Origin: Prevotella sp. | Lineage (GTDB): Bacteria > Bacteroidota > Bacteroidia > Bacteroidales > Bacteroidaceae | Assembly (NCBI GenBank): GCA_017557405.1 | Contig: JAFYYV010000001.1 | Location: 142,079 to 206,078, forward strand | Length of the DNA: 64,000 nt | Reading direction: 5' to 3' | Shown here: piece after piece, positions 57,622 through 64,000 of the stretch | Numbering within the stretch: position 1 is the first letter of the stretch | Layout: every line of letters begins with the position of its first letter | Made by a program: the position numbers and the translations under genes | Notes under the pieces: model-generated | Told to the model about the DNA's origin: nothing | Seen by the model: the letters and a program-made list of their open reading frames with translations, nothing else | The model's database searches: none

Positions 57622-58166
57622 TGAATCATCGCAAACTTCGTACGATCGAAATGAACCGGCTCAGCATTGAGGAATTTCATGATGCTGAAAAACTTCCACT
57701 CATCGTTGTACTCGACGATGTACGCTCTTTGTATAATGTGGGTAGTGTATTTCGTACGTGCGATGCTTTTCGAGTGAAAGCCATTTATCTTTGCGGCATT
57801 ACGGCCACTCCACCACATGTTGAGATTCATAAGACAGCGTTGGGTGCAGAAGATTCGGTAGAATGGCGTTATTTTGAAACCGCTGATGCAGCAGTAGCCG
57901 ACCTCCACCAGCAAGGTTGCTTTGTTTATTCCGTTGAGCAAGTGGAGGGTAGTACGAAATTACAGGATTTGAAGTTAGATAATAACCAACATTCAACTTG
58001 GGCAGTTGTACTAGGAAACGAAGTGAAAGGAGTGCATCAATCGGTTGTTGATGCTTCTGATGGATGTATTGAGATACCTCAGTTTGGAACCAAACATTCT
58101 ATGAATGTATCAGTAACAGCAGGTATTGTAATTTGGGAGTTTGTCCAACATTTGCAATACAAATAA
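57621..58166 (+). CDS. TrmH/SpoU family RNA 2'-O-methyltransferase
   Basis: SPOUT motifs LDDVRSLYNVGSVFRT, VLGNEVKGV, IPQFGTKHSMNVSV. Confidence 0.88.
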   Translation: MNHRKLRTIEMNRLSIEEFHDAEKLPLIVVLDDVRSLYNVGSVFRTCDAFRVKAIYLCGITATPPHVEIHKTALGAEDSVEWRYFETADAAVADLHQQGCFVYSVEQVEGSTKLQDLKLDNNQHSTWAVVLGNEVKGVHQSVVDASDGCIEIPQFGTKHSMNVSVTAGIVIWEFVQHLQYK

Positions 58167-58176
58167 AAGAGGTTTT

Positions 58177-58300
58177 GTCATTGATGGTCTTTAAGCCTCT
58201 CAAAGCAAGCTTTGACCGCCTCATTCCATAGCTTTGAGCGTCTCATTTGTGGTCTTTGACGTTGTCAAAGCTAAGCAATGACAACGCCATTTGTGGTCTT
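58177..58300 (+). repeat. Array of six 22-bp mosaic repeat units (four forward, one reverse, one forward)
   Basis: Fills the whole gap between the stop codons of convergent genes (58166 and 58301). Confidence 0.8.
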
Positions 58301-58771
58301 TTATTTGGTACCCGCTATTTCCTGGATGTTTTTAAGTGTGATGTTGCCTTTGAGGTTGATGATGCTGATTTCGTCATCTTCTTCGGCTAGCAGTGCGAAT
58401 TCGGCTTTGCCATTTTTCAGTTTCTTGTGGTAGACAGTCATGTGTTCACCATCTTCGCTCATATGCATGACGATTTCGTATTTATTCTTATAGAAGAAAT
58501 CCTGAGCTTGTTTCTTGATGCTGGGAATCATTGAGGGGCGCTCGCAATGAAGCACTCGCATCTGGTCGAGTTTCGATGCTATTTGTCCTATTTCGCGATC
58601 ACCGGCTTTCACGTTTGGAATCATCTGCAGCATGGTTTTCGAGATGAAGACAGTGGTGATACCCTCGGCATCGTTATATTTGTCGAACAGAGCATCCTGA
58701 GCCATTGTCCTGGCTGGCAAGATGAACATGAGCACCAGAGTGAGTAGTGCGGCAAATGTCTTCTGTTTCAT
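58301..58771 (-). CDS. DUF4252-like secreted protein (paralog 3)
   Basis: Signal peptide. Shares the FDKY...V.ISK.M..M.....LD.MR.L....K..YE....DGE.....KK...I.E..L......D...I.L.G.I....I pattern with the two upstream paralogs. Confidence 0.65.
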   Translation of the reverse strand: MKQKTFAALLTLVLMFILPARTMAQDALFDKYNDAEGITTVFISKTMLQMIPNVKAGDREIGQIASKLDQMRVLHCERPSMIPSIKKQAQDFFYKNKYEIVMHMSEDGEHMTVYHKKLKNGKAEFALLAEEDDEISIINLKGNITLKNIQEIAGTK

Positions 58772-58801
58772 AATTCGTGGTTTATATGTTTGTTTTAAAT
58801 A

Positions 58802-59188
58802 TTATTCAATAGCTCTGTTGATGGTTTTAGAGAATTTCATCAATGCTCGTTGTGCTTCGGCAGCTGCATCTTCAGGATTGTCGAAGGTGTCTTTTGGCTG
58901 CTGCTGGGCATAATGTTGGCGTTCGTATCGGTAGTTGACGACCAATGCCATCGAGACGATGAGCAGCAAAGAGGCAGCCACACCAGCAATCCACTTGAGC
59001 GATATGGTTCGTGCACGTCGATGGGTAGTTCGCTCAACGGTGTTCCATCCATCGATCTGCCGTTCCATCCGTTTCTCCATCTGTGTCAACAAGGCTTCTG
59101 CCTGTGCCATTTGTTCTTCGGTGGCAGTGCCCGCTTCGATTTGTTGGAGAAGGAAGTCGAGGTTGTTATTGTTGTCTTTTGTCGTCAT
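58802..59188 (-). CDS. Single-pass membrane protein, candidate anti-sigma partner
   Basis: Start overlaps the sigma gene stop by 4 nt. One central TM helix (WIAGVAASLLLIVSMALVV). Confidence 0.5.
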   Translation of the reverse strand: MTTKDNNNNLDFLLQQIEAGTATEEQMAQAEALLTQMEKRMERQIDGWNTVERTTHRRARTISLKWIAGVAASLLLIVSMALVVNYRYERQHYAQQQPKDTFDNPEDAAAEAQRALMKFSKTINRAIE

Positions 59189-59679
59189 GTTTTATAGAAT
59201 TTTTGCTTGATGTTCTTTCTTGCTCGGCTCAGCAGACTTCTGATGTTGACGGCCGAGAGGCCTGTTTCGTTTTCTATTTCACTAGCCGAGAGATTGTCAA
59301 CTGCATGCATCATGAGGATGCGTTGTTGTTGTTTGGGCAGTTGCTTGATGAGTAGGTTCACTTGTTCCGATTCATCGCGCGCCTCCAGTTGAGTCATAAG
59401 GTTGTTTCCGTCGGTTATTGCCAGCGTTTCAGGAGGACTATCAGCCATATCCAGATGTTTTCTTCGATGCTGGTCGCGGAACATATTAGTGAGGAAGGTG
59501 GTAAGATAGGCTTCATCATTGTTGATATCGCCAAGATTCTCACGTTTCGTCCAGAGTTTCAGGAAAGCCTCCTGCACCAAGTCTTCAGCGTCTTGAGTAT
59601 TGCCCGTGAGTCGCCAAGCCGTCCAAAAAAGATGGCGCCAGTGGGGCATGAAACGTTGCTTGAAGGAGGAGGCTTCCAT
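59185..59679 (-). CDS. ECF-type RNA polymerase sigma-70 factor
   Basis: Region 2 (AEDLVQEAFLKLW) and region 4 HTH (LSASEIENETGLSAVNIRSLLSRARK). I prefer the ATG at 59679 because the longer tracked ORF overlaps the upstream gene. Confidence 0.85.
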   Translation of the reverse strand: MEASSFKQRFMPHWRHLFWTAWRLTGNTQDAEDLVQEAFLKLWTKRENLGDINNDEAYLTTFLTNMFRDQHRRKHLDMADSPPETLAITDGNNLMTQLEARDESEQVNLLIKQLPKQQQRILMMHAVDNLSASEIENETGLSAVNIRSLLSRARKNIKQKFYKT

Positions 59680-59696
59680 GAGTTCGCAGGCAGGGT

Positions 59697-60173
59697 TTAT
59701 TTTATTTTTTTGATAATGTTGCTCACGTTTTCGGGTTTTATCTTCCCTTTGAGTTGCACCAAAGTGCAATCGTCATCACCCGTGTTGAGGATCAATAGTT
59801 CGCGTATGGAACTCTTCTTCTGGCGCACGAGTATCAGGGTGCGATCTCCATCTGTGTTGGAACTGACAATGGGCTCATATCCTTTTGTCGTCAATCCTTT
59901 GGCAGATTGTGCAAACTGCTGCTTCACCTTCTGGGAGCATTCTTCCAAGTCGAGCACCCGCAATGACTTGATGCCGCGCATGACTGCTTTGGCAGTGGGG
60001 TCGTCAGCATGGTGGTTGACAATAGGTTTCAGCATTTTGAACAACACACGCCCTAAGTGAACATACTCAGCGTTTTTCTTGCCTTTGTATTGCGAGAAGA
60101 GTTCATCAGGCGTCTGCGCGAAGGCTGACGCGCTGACGAACAATATCAAGAGAGAAATGATTATTTTCTTCAT
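59697..60173 (-). CDS. DUF4252-like secreted protein (paralog 2)
   Basis: The signal peptide MKKIIISLLILFVSASAFAQ starts at 60173; paralogous to 60199-60663. Confidence 0.7.
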   Translation of the reverse strand: MKKIIISLLILFVSASAFAQTPDELFSQYKGKKNAEYVHLGRVLFKMLKPIVNHHADDPTAKAVMRGIKSLRVLDLEECSQKVKQQFAQSAKGLTTKGYEPIVSSNTDGDRTLILVRQKKSSIRELLILNTGDDDCTLVQLKGKIKPENVSNIIKKIK

Positions 60174-60198
60174 AGAGTTGTACCGTTTTGACGGTGGA

Positions 60199-60663
60199 TT
60201 AATTGCCAATGTCTTGCAGTTTCTTCACATCCTCAGGGCGAATATCTCCACAAATCTGCACCATTGCACCTTCATCGCTTTCTATGTGGATGACAAGCAT
60301 TTCCTTGATGGAATCGTTCTTTGTCTTCACGAGGACTAAAGTTTTTTCACCATCTTCGTTGCTATTGACCATTTGTTCGTAGTCTTTCTTCGAGAGTTTC
60401 TGTACTTTTTCGCTGAACTCCTTCAGTAGTTGCTCATCTTCTTCTATATTCATAATGCGCATGGAATCCATCTTTTTCATCAACTCTTTTTTATCGTTGT
60501 CTTCTACGGCATTACTGGCAAGATTCATCATAGCCTTTGGGAGATTCACGAACTGAACGTTTGGTTTGTCTTTAAACGCATCGAAAATGTCATCGGCGGT
60601 TTGAGCCGAGAGATTGGTTGCTGCTGAAAGCATCAGGGCGAGCATAAAGATGATTTTCTTCAT
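60199..60663 (-). CDS. DUF4252-like secreted protein (paralog 1)
   Basis: Signal peptide MKKIIFMLALMLSAATNLSAQ; same conserved pattern as the other two paralogs. Confidence 0.7.
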   Translation of the reverse strand: MKKIIFMLALMLSAATNLSAQTADDIFDAFKDKPNVQFVNLPKAMMNLASNAVEDNDKKELMKKMDSMRIMNIEEDEQLLKEFSEKVQKLSKKDYEQMVNSNEDGEKTLVLVKTKNDSIKEMLVIHIESDEGAMVQICGDIRPEDVKKLQDIGN

Positions 60664-60746
60664 AAGTCTTATAAGTTTTAATTGTTTCTATTAATTGTTG
60701 TTTTGAATTGTCTTTTGCCGTTTTAATGAAGGGCTTTCAATTGTTC

Positions 60747-60773
60747 AGACGCATGAAAGTAGGAAAGTGTTGC
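60747..60773 (-). promoter_or_regulatory. Candidate ECF-type promoter (AAC-N17-CGTC) upstream of the DUF4252/sigma operon
   Basis: The minus strand reads TGCAACACTTTCCTACTTTCATGCGTCTGAA, about 85 nt upstream of the ATG at 60663. Confidence 0.3.
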
Positions 60774-60804
60774 ACTAAAAATATGATTTTTCTTCATTTT
60801 TTTC

Positions 60805-62496
60805 TTAAGTTATCCTTTTCCTATATTGCGAGGGCGTCATTTGTGTGGTTTGTTTGAAGATACGGCAAAAGTATGCGGTGTCGTCGTATCCGCATTTGCT
60901 GGCAATATCGCTGATACTAAGATCTTGTTTCGAATCAAGCAACCGTTTTGCATAGTTCATACGGAGTTGCGTGATGTATGTGATGGTATTATATCCTGTA
61001 ATGTTATTGATTTTTCGATTGAGTTGTGTGGTGCTGATTCTGAAGATGTTGGCAAGGGTAGTTGTGTCGAGTTTGTTCTGTCGAATGAGTGCGAAAACAG
61101 AGTCGTTGAGTTTGTTGATGAATTGTTGATCTTGGGAAGACAATTTAGTTTCTGTTTCTTGTAGATGGGAATTGATGGGAGGGTTGGAAATAGATGGAGT
61201 ACTTTCCTGGTCTTCCGTTATTGGGAATGCGTTATTGTTTGTTAGTTGTTTGCGTGTGCGGTTGTGTAGGATTGAATAGATGAGTACGATGGAGAGGAAG
61301 GCGGCGCAAATAACGGCAAAAAGTGCGATATATGCGGTTTTTTTGGCTTTTCGTTCGAGTTGAAGGTTGTTTTTGATAAGTTGTAGTTCATCTTGTTTGC
61401 GTTGGCGTTCAATGTTAATACGCATGTTTTGAACATCGTTGAGTGTTTTGATGTTGACAATGCTGTCTTGATATTCTTTTGCTTTGACAAATGCATTGAG
61501 AGCGTTTAGTGTGTCGCCTTTCTGTTTGTAGATGTTATAATAAAGCAGTTGAATGCGTTGCAAATGCTCTTTGGATTGTATGTCGTTGGCAATGGGAAGT
61601 GCTTTGTTGAGAAATTCTTGTGCAGCCGATAGGTTATTTTGTAGAATATAGATGTTGGCAAGAGGCAGAAGAGCCTCGAGAGCATGCCATTTGTCATCTT
61701 TCTTCTGCATCAGGTTGTAAGCGGTTTGATATTGGATGATGGCATCTTTGTAGTTGTGTTGTTTTTCGTAAAGACGCCCATAATGCGTATAGCAAAGTGC
61801 TACACCAAGATCGCTTTGCGCCTGTACGTTTTTCTGCATGGATAGTCGGTAATAGATCCAAGCAGAGTCTATGAGTTGTTTGTCTTCGAAGATGGAGCCG
61901 ATGTTGGCATAGTTGATGGCTTGTCCGAGAGAACTGTTTAGTTCGTGTTCACCTGCAAGTGCTTGTCGTAGAACGCTATCGGCTTGCTGTATGTTTCCGA
62001 GGGTGAGATATACATTTCCAAGTCCATTGAGCGAGATGACTCTGTTTTTCTTAGCTTGTTCTGTTTTTTTGTCGCTATATTGCATGCAGAGTTGTAAGGC
62101 GTTGTAGTGGTATTGTGCAGCAATATCATAGATGCCAAGACGGCGGTAGTCGGTTCCTACATTGTTGAGTGCCTTTACCATTTCGATGGTATCTGCAAGA
62201 AAGGTAGCCAAATTGGCAGAGCGTCGGTGGTAAGTGATGGCTTGGTTGAAATTACTTCGATCACGATAGATTTTTCCGAGTTGTCGAGACATAATCATCT
62301 CTCCCATTTGTTCGCCCGATTTGTTGTAGTTATCAATCAATGCGAGGAGTGCTTCGGGTTCTTTTTGTGCATCGGCAATGCTATCGAAGATATTGCGATG
62401 GGCTTCATCGAATATGTTTTTGGTGGTTTTATGGCCGCAGGAGAGAAGTATAAATATGGATAAAAGACTAAAGATATAAGATATTCGATAATTCAT
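60805..62496 (-). CDS. Membrane-anchored TPR-repeat / AraC-family HTH transcriptional regulator
   Basis: Lipoprotein-like N-terminus (LLSCGHK), multiple TPR-like repeats, TM helix (AYIALFAVICAAFLSIVLIYSIL), and a C-terminal AraC HTH. I prefer the ATG at 62496 (MNYRISY). Confidence 0.75.
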   Translation of the reverse strand: MNYRISYIFSLLSIFILLSCGHKTTKNIFDEAHRNIFDSIADAQKEPEALLALIDNYNKSGEQMGEMIMSRQLGKIYRDRSNFNQAITYHRRSANLATFLADTIEMVKALNNVGTDYRRLGIYDIAAQYHYNALQLCMQYSDKKTEQAKKNRVISLNGLGNVYLTLGNIQQADSVLRQALAGEHELNSSLGQAINYANIGSIFEDKQLIDSAWIYYRLSMQKNVQAQSDLGVALCYTHYGRLYEKQHNYKDAIIQYQTAYNLMQKKDDKWHALEALLPLANIYILQNNLSAAQEFLNKALPIANDIQSKEHLQRIQLLYYNIYKQKGDTLNALNAFVKAKEYQDSIVNIKTLNDVQNMRINIERQRKQDELQLIKNNLQLERKAKKTAYIALFAVICAAFLSIVLIYSILHNRTRKQLTNNNAFPITEDQESTPSISNPPINSHLQETETKLSSQDQQFINKLNDSVFALIRQNKLDTTTLANIFRISTTQLNRKINNITGYNTITYITQLRMNYAKRLLDSKQDLSISDIASKCGYDDTAYFCRIFKQTTQMTPSQYRKRIT

Positions 62497-62597
62497 AGTT
62501 GGGGAGATATAGGGATGATATTTCGTTTTATCACACAAAAATAGTAAAAGAAAATCATTTTGCTGATGAAAAAGCAAAATATTTAAGAAAAAATATA

Positions 62598-62605
62598 TAC
62601 TTTTG
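62598..62605 (+). promoter_or_regulatory. -7 promoter box TActTTTG for coaD
   Basis: TAnnTTTG match 45 nt upstream of the ATG at 62651; lies inside the longer tracked ORF. Confidence 0.5.
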
Positions 62606-62650
62606 CGCAAAGTGATGCTGCTTCACCCAATAAAAGATAAAAGTGGAAAA

Positions 62651-63100
62651 ATGAGAATAGGAATATTTGTAGGGACATTCAATCCTTTTACGATAGGGCA
62701 TGCTTCAATTGTGCGCCGCACATTGCCGTTGTTCGACAAACTGGTGATTGGCGTGGGTGTGAATACGGCAAAAGCAGGTTGCACAGAGGAGGAAGTAGCG
62801 GCTCGAGTGGAGCAAATCGCTCGATTGTATGCGACTGAAGAAAAGATAGCAGTGCGCAGTTATAGCGATTTGACGGTGGATTTTGCTCAACGTGAAGGTG
62901 CGCAGTTCATCGTGAAAGGTGTACGTTCGGTGAAGGATTTTGAATACGAACGTGAACAAGCTGACATCAATCGACGTTTGTCGGGATTGGAAACGATTCT
63001 TTTGTTTGCCGAACCTGGTATGGAAGCAGTTTCATCGAGTTTGGTGAGGGAATTGCAACGCTTTGGACGCGATGTATCGGAGTTCTTGGTGAAAGACTAA
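62651..63100 (+). CDS. coaD: Phosphopantetheine adenylyltransferase
   Basis: GIFVGTFNPFTIGH nucleotidyltransferase motif; SSSLVRE near the C-terminus. I prefer the start at 62651. Confidence 0.93.
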   Translation: MRIGIFVGTFNPFTIGHASIVRRTLPLFDKLVIGVGVNTAKAGCTEEEVAARVEQIARLYATEEKIAVRSYSDLTVDFAQREGAQFIVKGVRSVKDFEYEREQADINRRLSGLETILLFAEPGMEAVSSSLVRELQRFGRDVSEFLVKD

Positions 63101-63113
63101 TAGACATAGAGAT

Positions 63114-63527
63114 ATGATAACATACAATGTGGATGGTGTGCGCATGCCGAAAATAAAGAAGCGCGAGACGACAGCTTGGATTAAGGCTGTTGCTTCCACT
63201 TATGGTAAAAAAGTAGGCGAGATCGGCTATATGTTTGTAGGCGATGAGCAGATTTTGCAAGTGAACCGCGAGTATCTGGGGCATGATTATTACACGGACA
63301 TCATCACATTCGATTACGATGAAGGCGACATAATCAATGGCGATATTGTCATTTCACTCGATACAGTTCGTTCGAATGCCGAGCAATTGGGAAAGTCATA
63401 CGATGAAGAGTTGCATCGCGTGATTATTCACGGTATTCTCCACTTGTGTGGAATCAACGACAAAGGTCCTGGTGAGCGCGAAATCATGGAAGCCGCCGAG
63501 AATCGTGCGCTTTCCATAAAAGGCTGA
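63114..63527 (+). CDS. ybeY: rRNA maturation RNase YbeY
   Basis: Zinc-binding motif HGILHLCGINDKG. Confidence 0.92.
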   Translation: MITYNVDGVRMPKIKKRETTAWIKAVASTYGKKVGEIGYMFVGDEQILQVNREYLGHDYYTDIITFDYDEGDIINGDIVISLDTVRSNAEQLGKSYDEELHRVIIHGILHLCGINDKGPGEREIMEAAENRALSIKG

Positions 63528-64000
63528 GAAGGAAATAGAAAAGAATGCCGACAATAAGCCCAGCAATAGCATCGATGAGATAATGGGCGCGGATATAAAC
63601 CGTTGATGCGAACATAAGCAGGAAGAAGGGCACGAATGTCCAAAAGAGCCAACGGTTGCGTGAGTGCCAAGCGAGTAGCAAGACAACGACTGTCACACCA
63701 ATATGTGAACTGGGGAATGCTGCAGTAGGACGTTCACCAGCATCGTGGGCTTCTACTACGCGATGATAGAAGAATCCATCGGTCCATCCTGGTGTGGGAA
63801 GTCTATCGAGATGATGCGCGAAATAGTCGTGAATATTGGGGAACACGCCTTTTGCGATGTTCTCCAATCCAGCAGCTCCATAATAATATTGCGGTCCTGT
63901 TACGGGCAGGAAGATGAAGATGACGTAGCAGAGGAAAAACGAGCCGAGAACAATGAATGCGGCGCGTTCGAACTCTTTATATCTGCAAAGGAAATAGAAG
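63484..64000 (-). CDS. PAP2-family phosphatase, 5' end outside window
   Basis: PAP2 motifs PSSH and RAHYLIDAIAG. The frame stays open to base 64000. The 3' end overlaps the ybeY 3' end by 44 nt (convergent). Confidence 0.75.
   Translation of the reverse strand, partial: FYFLCRYKEFERAAFIVLGSFFLCYVIFIFLPVTGPQYYYGAAGLENIAKGVFPNIHDYFAHHLDRLPTPGWTDGFFYHRVVEAHDAGERPTAAFPSSHIGVTVVVLLLAWHSRNRWLFWTFVPFFLLMFASTVYIRAHYLIDAIAGLIVGILFYFLLSLLWKAHDSRRLP

Noticed and set aside
1-64000. Search for tRNA, rRNA, transposase, integrase, prophage, toxin-antitoxin or known defence genes
   Set aside because: No intergenic region showed tRNA-like T-arm/acceptor features or rRNA-like sequence. None of the supported ORFs carries transposase, integrase or defence-system motifs. 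The MazG-like gene is the small housekeeping type with no MazEF partner.

Overview
The window looks like a chromosomal segment of a Bacteroidota genome, most likely Prevotellaceae. That placement is an inference from TAnnTTTG -7 promoter boxes upstream of many genes, T9SS-type C-terminal sorting domains, a hybrid two-component regulator and an ECF-sigma/DUF4252 cluster. About 45 protein genes are supported. (1) A polysaccharide-utilisation-like block at 1-13.2 kb: GH9-like enzyme, small TonB-dependent receptor, HTCS regulator, unknown secreted 629-aa protein and GH3. It is followed by an SDR, an Fe-alcohol dehydrogenase and a large OM beta-barrel. (2) A housekeeping run: mnmG, apt, uvrC, dtd, mazG-like, deoC, polyprenyl synthase, polA, ychF, lgt, VanW-like, mutS. 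(3) Two very large secreted pectinases on the minus strand: a PL11 rhamnogalacturonan lyase with a dockerin-like tail, and a PL1-like pectate lyase with a T9SS tail. (4) leuS, YitT, rdgB, a PorZ-like propeller protein, a GT-C-like membrane protein, GT2 and nadA. (5) C1 peptidase, HAD, U32, SufE, TrmH. (6) An ECF sigma cluster with three DUF4252 paralogs and a membrane-anchored TPR-AraC regulator. (7) coaD, ybeY and a partial PAP2 gene. I found no rRNA, tRNA, CRISPR array, transposase, integrase or recognisable defence genes. The most unusual content is non-coding. (a) A family of 22-bp-unit mosaic repeat arrays sits at six gene 3' flanks or intergenic gaps. (b) Two near-identical ~290-bp composite elements (long AT-cored hairpin plus five-unit array) each follow an outer-membrane receptor gene, and a third element has the same architecture but different arms. 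(c) A second 22-bp palindromic repeat family occurs at two loci. (d) A dense one-orientation cluster of DnaA-box 9-mers beside an A/T-pure tract lies in the nadA/peptidase divergent gap, making it a candidate oriC or DnaA-controlled locus. (e) A 16-bp CACGTG-centred palindrome is shared by two consecutive intergenic regions. All functional readings of these elements are hypotheses that need genome-wide and transcriptomic checks.
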